Shown here piece after piece: positions 30,368 to 36,747 of a stretch of DNA of 36,747 nucleotides. The position numbers were made by a program, and so were the translations under genes. Positions within the stretch are counted from its first letter, which is position 1; every line of letters starts with the position of its first letter. The stretch is taken from the NCBI GenBank assembly GCA_964562355.1, contig CAZLTH010000001.1, positions 1 through 36,747 of the forward strand, given 5' to 3'. The notes beneath the pieces are model-generated. The model did no database searches, had not been told where the DNA came from, and saw nothing but the letters and a program-made list of their open reading frames with translations. Source of the stretch: an uncultured Syntrophomonadaceae bacterium (GTDB taxonomy: Bacteria; Bacillota; Dethiobacteria; PWVN01).

Positions 30368-30381
30368 CAAACACCTGTTTG
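30368..30381. promoter_or_regulatory. inverted repeat CAAACAccTGTTTG upstream of recA (possible LexA/Cheo-box variant)
   Basis: It has 6+6 nt arms and lies 47-60 nt upstream of the recA ATG. It equals the Cheo consensus CGAAC-N4-GTTCG with one symmetric change per half-site. Confidence 0.3.
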
Positions 30382-30559
30382 CATAATAAGAAATTCTACT
30401 TTTATTATTTTTTTCCTGCCAGAATTAAAAATTTTATTTTCTTAATTCTTCTTCTTTTCGTTGGCGAAACCTTCTTTTAACATTCAAGCTATTTTATTTG
30501 CAGGAAATCAGCAGTTTTAGAAGAAATAAAATCAAAATAACGAAAGGTGAGATAAAATT

Positions 30560-31432
30560 ATGCAAGTAAAAAGCTTTAGCTTTGCTGAAAGTTTTTTTGC
30601 AACTAGGAAAGATTTTCTGAGAGGGTGGACACACCTCCCCTTAAAGGGAGATGTGTCCACCTACCTTAGCACAAAAACAGAGAGTTATCTCCTAGTTTTT
30701 CCAGCACATTTAGCTTTGTTGCTGGCTTTTCAATGGGGAGACTTAGAGCAACCCGAAAACTTTGCTGATGCTTTCAGATCTTTTAAACAACTACCTTATT
30801 TCTGGCATGATAAGCTCCTGCAAACATATCAGGAAATCTCTCAACACTTATCCTGTTACCTTGTACCAGGAACACTTTTACTACACAGAGACAATGATAT
30901 TTTTAACATATCTTATTTAATTTCGCCTCAGGGCAAAATCATAGCCTCGCAAAGACAAATTTTTTTATCCCTAGAAGAACGTTCTGCTGGTTTAACACGT
31001 GGCACTGACCTAGAAGTAGTTTCAACTCCTATGGGGCAAATCGGTATTATGATCGGTACTGATGCCTGGTACCCGGAAACGGGACGTATTCTTGCCCTCA
31101 AAGGAGCCGAAATTATCTGCCATTGTGGAGCATTACCTGAAGGAAAAAACCACTGGTTACAGCTGACCGGTATGTGGCAACAGGTGCAGCAAAATCAATT
31201 TTTCTGTGTAGAGTGCCAATTGGTTGCCTCCATAGCCGGCAAAAATTTTCAAGCCTTATCTTATATCCATGCTCCCTGCGAAATGACTCCTGAAAAAAAA
31301 GGAGTCTTAGCTACAGGAGGAACTTCCCCAAAGCTTTTAGAAGCTACCTTGGATAAAAAAATACGGCAGAAGGTTATAGATAACTATCCTCTCCTGAAAC
31401 TTTTAAACCCTGCTGCCTACGAAAAGATTTGA
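30560..31432 (+). CDS. carbon-nitrogen hydrolase (nitrilase) fold protein, apparently lacking the catalytic triad
   Basis: 290 aa with AAAGGTGAG SD 8 nt upstream. The block order matches nitrilase-superfamily proteins. The catalytic positions read LLVFPAH (Glu to Ala), SQRQIFL (Lys to Gln) and IMIGTDAWYPE (Cys to Gly). This alignment was made by eye. Confidence 0.75.
   Translation: MQVKSFSFAESFFATRKDFLRGWTHLPLKGDVSTYLSTKTESYLLVFPAHLALLLAFQWGDLEQPENFADAFRSFKQLPYFWHDKLLQTYQEISQHLSCYLVPGTLLLHRDNDIFNISYLISPQGKIIASQRQIFLSLEERSAGLTRGTDLEVVSTPMGQIGIMIGTDAWYPETGRILALKGAEIICHCGALPEGKNHWLQLTGMWQQVQQNQFFCVECQLVASIAGKNFQALSYIHAPCEMTPEKKGVLATGGTSPKLLEATLDKKIRQKVIDNYPLLKLLNPAAYEKI
30624..30661. repeat. 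copy of the palindromic element inside the nitrilase-like CDS
   Basis: GGTGGACACACCTCCCCTTAAAGGGAGATGTGTCCACC has 2 mismatches to the canonical copy. It is read in frame as RGWTHLPLKGDVST (codons 21-34). Confidence 0.75.
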
Positions 31433-31690
31433 CCTTTGATTCCTTTTTTTGCTTTGAGCCATTTGTCTTAAATTAATGCCTTCGGCAACTCGGGTAACGA
31501 TTTCTTGCCTTTAAAAAATAAAATTCCTATAGTATTGAATTAATCATTCTTCGAAAAACTCCATTTTATTTCGGCTGTTAAGATGACCAAAAAAATATTA
31601 TAAAGTCGAAAATTATTCTTTCTCTTCAGCCCCCTAGCCAGATTTGCTTTGTATCTTTTTGTTTATGTACAATAAAAAAAAGGATGATAA

Positions 31691-32335
31691 ATGATGGAAC
31701 AATATAAATCCGTATTAAAGGCCAGTAAAACAACACATATAGTAGAAAAGTCGAAATTCATTACCCATGTTGCGAAGGTTGATACTGAAAAGAAAGCAAT
31801 CGAATTTATTGATGCCATAAAAAAAGAGCATTGGAAAGCAAATCATAATGTTGCGGTTTATTCAATTAAAGACCAGATTCAAAAATACTCTGATGACGGT
31901 GAGCCAAGCAGAACCGCAGGATTTCCTGTATTGGAACTGCTAAAAAATGAGAATATAACTAATGTGGTACTAGTAATCACTAGGTATTTTGGCGGTATAA
32001 AACTAGGGAAAGGCGGCTTGATACGATCTTATACAAAAAGTGCAAAGCTTGGCTTAGAAGCTTCTACCTTGGTCGATTATATCGAAGTCAAAAAGATTCT
32101 TTTGATTTATAAATACACCCTGCACGGAAAAATAGAAAATATTATTTTAAATGAAGATGATGTGTATGAAATAAAAACCGAGTTCCTTGAGAACGTTAAA
32201 AAAGAAATCTATGTATCTATAGCTAAAAGCGAAACTTTTGAGAAATCTTTAGTTGAAATTTCAAATGCCAACATTACAATAGAAAAAATCTGCACGGAGT
32301 TTATGCCAATTCCCTCTGCTATCACTCGCTCTTAA
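31691..32335 (+). CDS. yigZ: YigZ family (IMPACT N-terminal / UPF0029 + DUF1949) protein
   Basis: KSKFITHV, NHNVAVY, SDDGEPSRTAGFPVL and ITRYFGGIKLGKGGLIRSY are hallmark YigZ motifs. Confidence 0.88.
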   Translation: MMEQYKSVLKASKTTHIVEKSKFITHVAKVDTEKKAIEFIDAIKKEHWKANHNVAVYSIKDQIQKYSDDGEPSRTAGFPVLELLKNENITNVVLVITRYFGGIKLGKGGLIRSYTKSAKLGLEASTLVDYIEVKKILLIYKYTLHGKIENIILNEDDVYEIKTEFLENVKKEIYVSIAKSETFEKSLVEISNANITIEKICTEFMPIPSAITRS

Positions 32336-35300
32336 ATTCTTGATTCACCTCATAATTCCCTTTTTCTCCAGCAACCTTCATTAAATAACTATCCCTTTGG
32401 AAATCATATATGGTTAGATTCCCGTTCATATTTTCTGCCTGTTTTAATACCATATCAAGCGCCTCTTGCTCTCCCTCTGGTGGATATTTATATTTCTTTA
32501 ACAATCTTTTAATCATCACACGCATACGCGCTCTTGCCTGATCTTTTAGTTGCCAGTCAATAGTTCTGTTCTTCCTCAACATGTCTGTTAATTCATGGGT
32601 CATAGCAATAAGTTGTTGGTTACTATAAAAATCTTTGATGTTTTCAGGTTTAGTAATGGCATCATAAAAGGCAAGTTCTTCGGCATTAAGGCCAAGCGCA
32701 TTGCCCTCATCCCTTACTTTCTGCATTTCTTTTGCCAGTATAAGCAGTTCTTCTACTACTTCAGCGTTGGTGATTAATCCATTGCGATATTTCTTCATCA
32801 GTTCTGCCATCTTCTCAGAGAACAACTCAGCCTTGACAAGGTTAATACGTTTATACCCTTTAATTTCATCTGCCAATAACCTGCGCAGCATTTCCGCAGC
32901 CAAATTCTTTTGTTTCATCTTCTGCAAACTTACCAAGTATTCCGGATCAAATATCGAAAACTCCGGGCTGTCTGCAAAAACATTAATAACGCCTTCACTA
33001 TGAATACTTGCTTTTAGCAGCTCGTTAATACGTTCATTAATTTCCTTGATATTTAATTTGCCTGTTCCTGCTACTTTGGCAACGCCACTCCTGACAGCTT
33101 CAAAGTAAGCTGTTTCCATCCTTATATCTTTACCCAGCAAACTTCTACATAATGTTTCAGCCTGTTTCAAAGTTATTGCTTCTTTCAGGTAGGTCTTTTT
33201 CTTTTCCTCATCTGAAAGTATGAAATCTATACCATCAGCGATAACCCTTGCTCTTGCCAGATCGCTCTCCCCGAAAAATACGCCATAATCAAGACCGTAC
33301 ATTACATCCCGGCATATTTCTAACTTCTCAGTAAACTTAGGCAGTGCACTTTCGCCTATATCGTTATTGCCAAAATTATCTTTATCCCTGCTCGTATAAT
33401 CTTTCATAGCTTGTTTTAATGCACTCGCTATGCCAACATAATCAACAACAAGTCCACCTTCTTTTTCGCCATAGACACGATTAACTCTTGCTATAGCTTG
33501 CATTAGCGTATGTCCTTGCATTGGTTTGTAAATATACATCGTGTTAAGACAAGGCACGTCAAAACCGGTAAGCCACATATCTACCACAATACAGATTTTA
33601 AGTTTATCCGCAGGCTCTTTAAAACGTTTACCCAGCTCATCACGTTCTTTTTTGTCACCGATAATGTCAAACCACTCTTCCGGATCCCCATTGCTTTTGG
33701 TCATAACCAGAGCAACTTTTTCCTGCCAATCAGGGCGAAGTTCAAGAACTTTTTTGTATATTTTAATGGCAATTTTTCTGGAATACGCTACAATCATCGC
33801 TTTCCCTGCAAGTATATGCTTTCTGTCTTCATAATGACTAATCATATCCTGACCTAGTTCATGAATTGTTTCCTCAGCACCTAGTATCGCCTCCATTTGA
33901 CCTAATTCCTTCTGAGAACGGGCGATATGGTGCGGTTCAGCATTGTTTGACATTTCTTCATACTCGCAATCTATTCTCTTCAATACATGTTGATCTAATT
34001 TTAATTGCATCACACGGCTTTCATAGAAAATAGGCCTAGTTGTTTCATCTTCTACAGCTTGGGTCAGGTCATATATATCAATATAGTCGCCAAATATTTC
34101 TTGAGTAGAACGATTTACCGTATCCAGCGGAGTGCCGGTAAAACCAATAAAGGAAGCATGCGGCAAAGCATCTCGAACGTATTTTGCCATGCCATAAGTA
34201 ACTTTACCGGTTTCTCTATTAACTTTTGCCTCCAAGCCGTATTGGCTACGATGAGCCTCATCTGCTATTAAAACAATGTTCCGCCTACCGGACAACTCAT
34301 CTATATCTTCTTCAAACTTCTGCATAGTGGCGAAAATTATACCACCCACTTTTCTATCATTTAGTAATTCTTTTAGATGAGCCCTGCTTTTAGCCTGAAC
34401 CGGTATTTGTCTCAAATGACTTGCTGCCATTGAAAATGTGTTAAATAACTGGTCATCCAAATCATTTCTATCCGTGAGAATAACCAGGGTGGGATTAGCC
34501 AGTGGCTCTGAAAGCATGGCTGCATAAAACACCATCGACAAGGACTTTCCACTGCCTTGTGTATGCCAAAAGACACCTGCTTTACCATTAGACTCAACTG
34601 CTTTTTTTGTGGATGCTAACGCTTTATTGACAGCGTAAAATTGATGATAAGCCGCCAGCACCTTGATAGATTCATCCTCTTTATCCCCTAAAAATAAAAT
34701 AAAATTACGTAATATGCTGAGCAAGCGTTTTTTGTCAAACATCCCTTTAAATAACGTTTCAAAAGAGGCCTCTCTCTTGTCTTCTCTTATGCCATCTATA
34801 GATTTCCACCGCATATATCTATCTTCATCAGCTGTTATACTCCCTGCTTTGGTATCTACCATATCAGAAATAACACAAAATGAATTATATATGAAAAGCG
34901 TGGGAATTGCTTGCAAATAATTTCTTACCTGCAATAAAGCCTCCGATGTATCTGTCTGTTCCCGGGAACAACTTTTAAGCTCCATGAGCACCAAAGGTAA
35001 ACCATTAATAAAAATTATAATATCAGGTCGCTTTATCGCCGTATCATCAACCGTAAATTGATTGCAAATAATAAAGCTATTGTTGTCTTCGCCACCTGCC
35101 GTAAAATCAACAAGCCATATATGCTCACTTCTATTACCGTCTTTATAATAATTAACAGCTACCCCGGACGTTAAATATTCGTGAAAAACTTTATTATTCT
35201 CAATTAAATTAGGAGAGTCAGCATTCAAAACTTTACGCACAGCTTCCTCAATGGCAAGCCTATCCGCCTGCGGATTGATTAGCCTTAATCGCTCACGTAA

Positions 35301-35435
35301 AATATCTTCCAGCACAACTTTCGTATAATCCCGCTCGATAGCCGGGCCAAAGATATAATCATATTCAAGCTCATCTCGGAATAATTCGATTATGGCATTT
35401 TCGTAGCTGCTTTCTGTGAAGTTTATCATAACCAT
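32322..35435 (-). CDS. hsdR: type I restriction enzyme R subunit
   Basis: 1037 aa. It has an N-terminal PD-(D/E)xK nuclease (PDIIIFINGLPLVLMELKS). The SF2 motor carries TQGSGKS, IADEAHRSQ, FTGTP and QAIARVNR. A long helical C-terminal region follows. GGAGGTG SD 5 nt upstream. Confidence 0.95.
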   Translation of the reverse strand: MVMINFTESSYENAIIELFRDELEYDYIFGPAIERDYTKVVLEDILRERLRLINPQADRLAIEEAVRKVLNADSPNLIENNKVFHEYLTSGVAVNYYKDGNRSEHIWLVDFTAGGEDNNSFIICNQFTVDDTAIKRPDIIIFINGLPLVLMELKSCSREQTDTSEALLQVRNYLQAIPTLFIYNSFCVISDMVDTKAGSITADEDRYMRWKSIDGIREDKREASFETLFKGMFDKKRLLSILRNFILFLGDKEDESIKVLAAYHQFYAVNKALASTKKAVESNGKAGVFWHTQGSGKSLSMVFYAAMLSEPLANPTLVILTDRNDLDDQLFNTFSMAASHLRQIPVQAKSRAHLKELLNDRKVGGIIFATMQKFEEDIDELSGRRNIVLIADEAHRSQYGLEAKVNRETGKVTYGMAKYVRDALPHASFIGFTGTPLDTVNRSTQEIFGDYIDIYDLTQAVEDETTRPIFYESRVMQLKLDQHVLKRIDCEYEEMSNNAEPHHIARSQKELGQMEAILGAEETIHELGQDMISHYEDRKHILAGKAMIVAYSRKIAIKIYKKVLELRPDWQEKVALVMTKSNGDPEEWFDIIGDKKERDELGKRFKEPADKLKICIVVDMWLTGFDVPCLNTMYIYKPMQGHTLMQAIARVNRVYGEKEGGLVVDYVGIASALKQAMKDYTSRDKDNFGNNDIGESALPKFTEKLEICRDVMYGLDYGVFFGESDLARARVIADGIDFILSDEEKKKTYLKEAITLKQAETLCRSLLGKDIRMETAYFEAVRSGVAKVAGTGKLNIKEINERINELLKASIHSEGVINVFADSPEFSIFDPEYLVSLQKMKQKNLAAEMLRRLLADEIKGYKRINLVKAELFSEKMAELMKKYRNGLITNAEVVEELLILAKEMQKVRDEGNALGLNAEELAFYDAITKPENIKDFYSNQQLIAMTHELTDMLRKNRTIDWQLKDQARARMRVMIKRLLKKYKYPPEGEQEALDMVLKQAENMNGNLTIYDFQRDSYLMKVAGEKGNYEVNQEFKSE

Positions 35436-35438
35436 CTA

Positions 35439-35531
35439 CACCTCCATTATTGGCACATCTTGGGTACCCACAAGGGGCACCCCTACAAATTCGATGGTAC
35501 CATAAAATTGCTTGGACATGATTTCATATGA
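35439..35531 (-). pseudogene. RAYT relic 1 (degenerate HUH region plus inverted REP) abutting the hsdR start
   Basis: Minus-strand frame reads ...QSYEIMSKQFYGTIEFVGVPLVGTQDVPIMEV*. The intact gene reads REFVVMPNHFHGILEFVEVPLVGTQNV. Nucleotide similarity continues for ~40 nt past the REP. Its TAG is immediately followed by the hsdR ATG. Confidence 0.5.
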
Positions 35532-35582
35532 CTGGCAGGAAGCAGATAATTTTGCATGGGTTACACATCCTTTTTCAAAACC

Positions 35583-35656
35583 GTAGGGGCAATCCTGCAC
35601 TACCGGCAGGCGCTTCAGCGTCGCTACTGCGTAGGGGCAATCCCTTGTGGTTGCCC
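35583..35656 (+). repeat. REP doublet downstream of the RAYT gene
   Basis: GTAGGGGCAATCCTGCACTACCGGCAGG... (hairpin CCTGC/GCAGG) is followed 48 nt later by GTAGGGGCAATCCCTTGTGGTTGCCC (hairpin GGGCAATC/GGTTGCCC). Confidence 0.8.
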
Positions 35657-35677
35657 GGGTTTAATTCAATGATGAAA

Positions 35678-35752
35678 TTATTCATAATATTTATCCTCCT
35701 GCCATTTCAGGGGATTGGTCTGGATATATTCGATAATTTCCAGATAGGATTC
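35678..35752 (-). pseudogene. in-frame continuation of the RAYT gene beyond its TAG stop
   Basis: Directly after TAG (35753-35755) the same frame reads ESYLEIIEYIQTNPLKWQEDKYYE then TAA. This resembles the usual C-terminal tail of this transposase family. Confidence 0.55.
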
Positions 35753-36391
35753 CTAGCAGCGAATGATATGGTCGTAAAAATTTCGTTGCCATAATTTTTT
35801 ATTAAATCTTTTCCAATTTTTATTTTTAACACCCTGAATGTAATCATTGGTGGATAATGATTTGAATGTCCCCACCACATCACCAACCGTAGGGGCAATC
35901 CCTTGTGGTTGCCCTATTTCTGGTGAATGTTCAACATTTTGGGTACCCACAAGGGGCACCTCTACAAATTCAAGGATACCATGGAAATGATTGGGCATAA
36001 CAACGAATTCCCGTAAATTTATGTTATCAAAACGCCGTGGCAATTCCTGCCATTGTCGTTCAATCATCATGCCGGCATCATTGGTTTTCATTTCTTCGTT
36101 TTCAATTTCCCCGAACAAACACAACTGGTTTTGGGCGCAAATGGTGATGAAATATAACCCTGCCTGTGAATAATCATACTCTTTTAATCGCATAGATTTG
36201 CGTAGGGGCAATCCTGCATTACTGGCGAGCACTTCAATGCCTCTATGTAGGGGCAATCCCTTGTGGTTGCCTGTCTTTCCTGCATTACCGGCAGGCACTT
36301 CAATGTCTCTATGTAGGGGCAATCCCTTGTGGTTGCCCGTTCCCCCTGTATCCCTTGCATTACTTTTTGAATCGACACGATAATTATTCAT
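35753..36391 (-). CDS. REP-associated tyrosine transposase (RAYT; IS200/IS605 TnpA-like Y1 HUH enzyme), C-terminally truncated by TAG
   Basis: Motifs are MRLKEYDYSQAGLYFITICAQ, HUH (MPNHFHGIL) and Tyr (LWQRNFYDHIIR). The core start is the ATG at 36193. The longer ORF from 36391 has an AGGTGA SD, but its first 66 codons are REP-derived repeats. Confidence 0.85.
   Translation of the reverse strand: MNNYRVDSKSNARDTGGTGNHKGLPLHRDIEVPAGNAGKTGNHKGLPLHRGIEVLASNAGLPLRKSMRLKEYDYSQAGLYFITICAQNQLCLFGEIENEEMKTNDAGMMIERQWQELPRRFDNINLREFVVMPNHFHGILEFVEVPLVGTQNVEHSPEIGQPQGIAPTVGDVVGTFKSLSTNDYIQGVKNKNWKRFNKKLWQRNFYDHIIRC
35889..35965. repeat. REP (plus orientation) and inverted REP variant embedded in the RAYT coding sequence
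   Basis: The 35889-35914 segment is GTAGGGGCAATCCCTTGTGGTTGCCC. The 35941-35965 segment is GGGTACCCACAAGGGGCACCTCTAC, which is GTAG-hairpin on the minus strand. Together they are translated as EFVEVPLVGTQNVEHSPEIGQPQGIAPTVG. Confidence 0.8.
36202..36338 (+). repeat. REP array upstream of / within the 5' extension of the RAYT ORF
   Basis: GTAG-initiated units start at 36202, 36247 and 36313. They alternate between the CCTGC..GCAGG hairpin and the GGGCAATC..GGTTGCCC hairpin. The spacing 36247 to 36313 is 66 bp. Confidence 0.85.
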
Positions 36392-36468
36392 AAATTCACC
36401 TAGACTTCCCCTCTAGTGCAATATAGTTATAATCAATTTTGGCAATAAAGTATCACAATGAGGTATCA

Positions 36469-36591
36469 CGTAGCAGATAATGATCTAAATGCCCCTGTCA
36501 CATCGCCAACCGTAGGGGCAATCCCTTGTGGTTGCCCTGCCTGTGGTGAATGTTCGACATTTTGGGTACCCACAAGGGGCACCCCTACAAA
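36469..36591 (-). pseudogene. RAYT relic 2 (central segment carrying the REP / inverted REP pair)
   Basis: The open minus-strand frame reads FVGVPLVGTQNVEHSPQAGQPQGIAPTVGDVTGAFRSLSAT*. It is ~90 percent identical at the nucleotide level to 35865-35975 of the intact gene. HUH and Tyr regions are missing. Confidence 0.55.
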
Positions 36592-36594
36592 TTA

Positions 36595-36747
36595 AAGGGT
36601 TTTAACTCTATATCCTACGGAGATAATTACATCAAGGTTATAATGCTTTACATCATAGAATTTACGGTCAACCGTAGCCCTGCTTGTGGTAGCTATTTAG
36701 CCCCTAAATCGGATTTGCATTATGTCCCTTATTAAGCTAAAATAAAA
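36595..36747 (-). pseudogene. RhuM-family (type I R-M associated) gene fragment, frame-disrupted and truncated
   Basis: Minus-strand frame reads IATTSRATVDRKFYDVKHYNLDVIISVGYRVKTL*. The YNLDxIISVGYRV block is the RhuM-family hallmark. Stops and a likely 1-nt deletion occur upstream. The frame ends exactly at the junction with RAYT relic 2. Confidence 0.45.

Noticed and set aside
31644-31673. TTGCTT-18 nt-TACAAT as a promoter for yigZ.
   Set aside because: The spacer is 18 nt, the -35 match is mediocre, and the leader would be only ~12 nt. Many equally good matches exist in this AT-rich spacer.
35528-35794. Plus-strand 88-aa ORF (RRGNPALPAGASASLLRRGNPLWLPG...). A similar 61-aa ORF lies at 36198-36383 and a 64-aa minus-strand ORF at 36184-36378.
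   Set aside because: These are translations of the REP repeats themselves; RGNPLWLP is the reading of GTAGGGGCAATCCCTTGTGGTTGCCC. They have no SD and overlap the RAYT gene or its tail, so they are repeat-induced artefacts.
36202-36338. Regularly spaced 26-bp repeats that could be mistaken for a small CRISPR array.
   Set aside because: The sequences between the repeats are themselves near-identical copies (CTGCATTACYGGCRRGCACTTCAATGYCTCTAT), not unique spacers. There are only three units, the GTAG-hairpin structure is REP-like, and no cas genes are in the window.
36668-36695. ACCGTAGCCCTGCTTGTGGTAGC, which looks like a degenerate REP (compare ACCGTAGGGGCAATCCCTTGTGGTTGCC).
   Set aside because: It falls inside the RhuM-like frame, where it encodes ATTSRAT, matching the usual (F)ATTAADGK region upstream of YNLD. 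It also lacks the hairpin arms, so the resemblance is probably fortuitous.

Overview
The window looks like a low-GC Bacillota (Clostridia-like) chromosome segment. All product calls come from motif recognition and synteny by eye, since no database search was possible. About 30 kb (1-30.3 kb) is a minus-strand housekeeping block in near-Bacillus order: recA-dprA-topA-trmFO-xerC-hslV-hslU-codY, a membrane ORF, rpsB-tsf-pyrH-frr, a mini-ORF, uppS-cdsA-dxr-rseP-ispG, a GT-A glycosyltransferase, rimP-nusA-ylxR-ylxQ-infB, DUF503, rbfA, a DHH phosphoesterase, truB-ribF-rpsO-pnp, and a deacetylase gene cut by the window edge. The fla/che, proS and polC genes are absent from their Bacillus positions. 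The last ~6 kb is accessory. It holds a nitrilase-fold protein that appears to lack the whole Glu-Lys-Cys triad, a YigZ/IMPACT protein, and a full-length type I restriction R subunit (hsdR) with no hsdM/hsdS in view. Upstream of hsdR lies a dense nest of GTAG-hairpin REP repeats, one REP-associated tyrosine transposase (RAYT) gene with an in-frame TAG, two short RAYT relics and a truncated RhuM-family remnant. A second, unrelated repeat family also stands out: a ~40-48 bp palindrome (GGTGGACACATCTCCCTTTAAAGGGAGATGTGTCCACC) in two clear and two degenerate copies, each within ~70 nt of a gene 5' end. No rRNA, tRNA or CRISPR array was seen. I found no clear-cut new multi-gene system; the REP/RAYT-eroded R-M locus and the palindrome family are the best leads.
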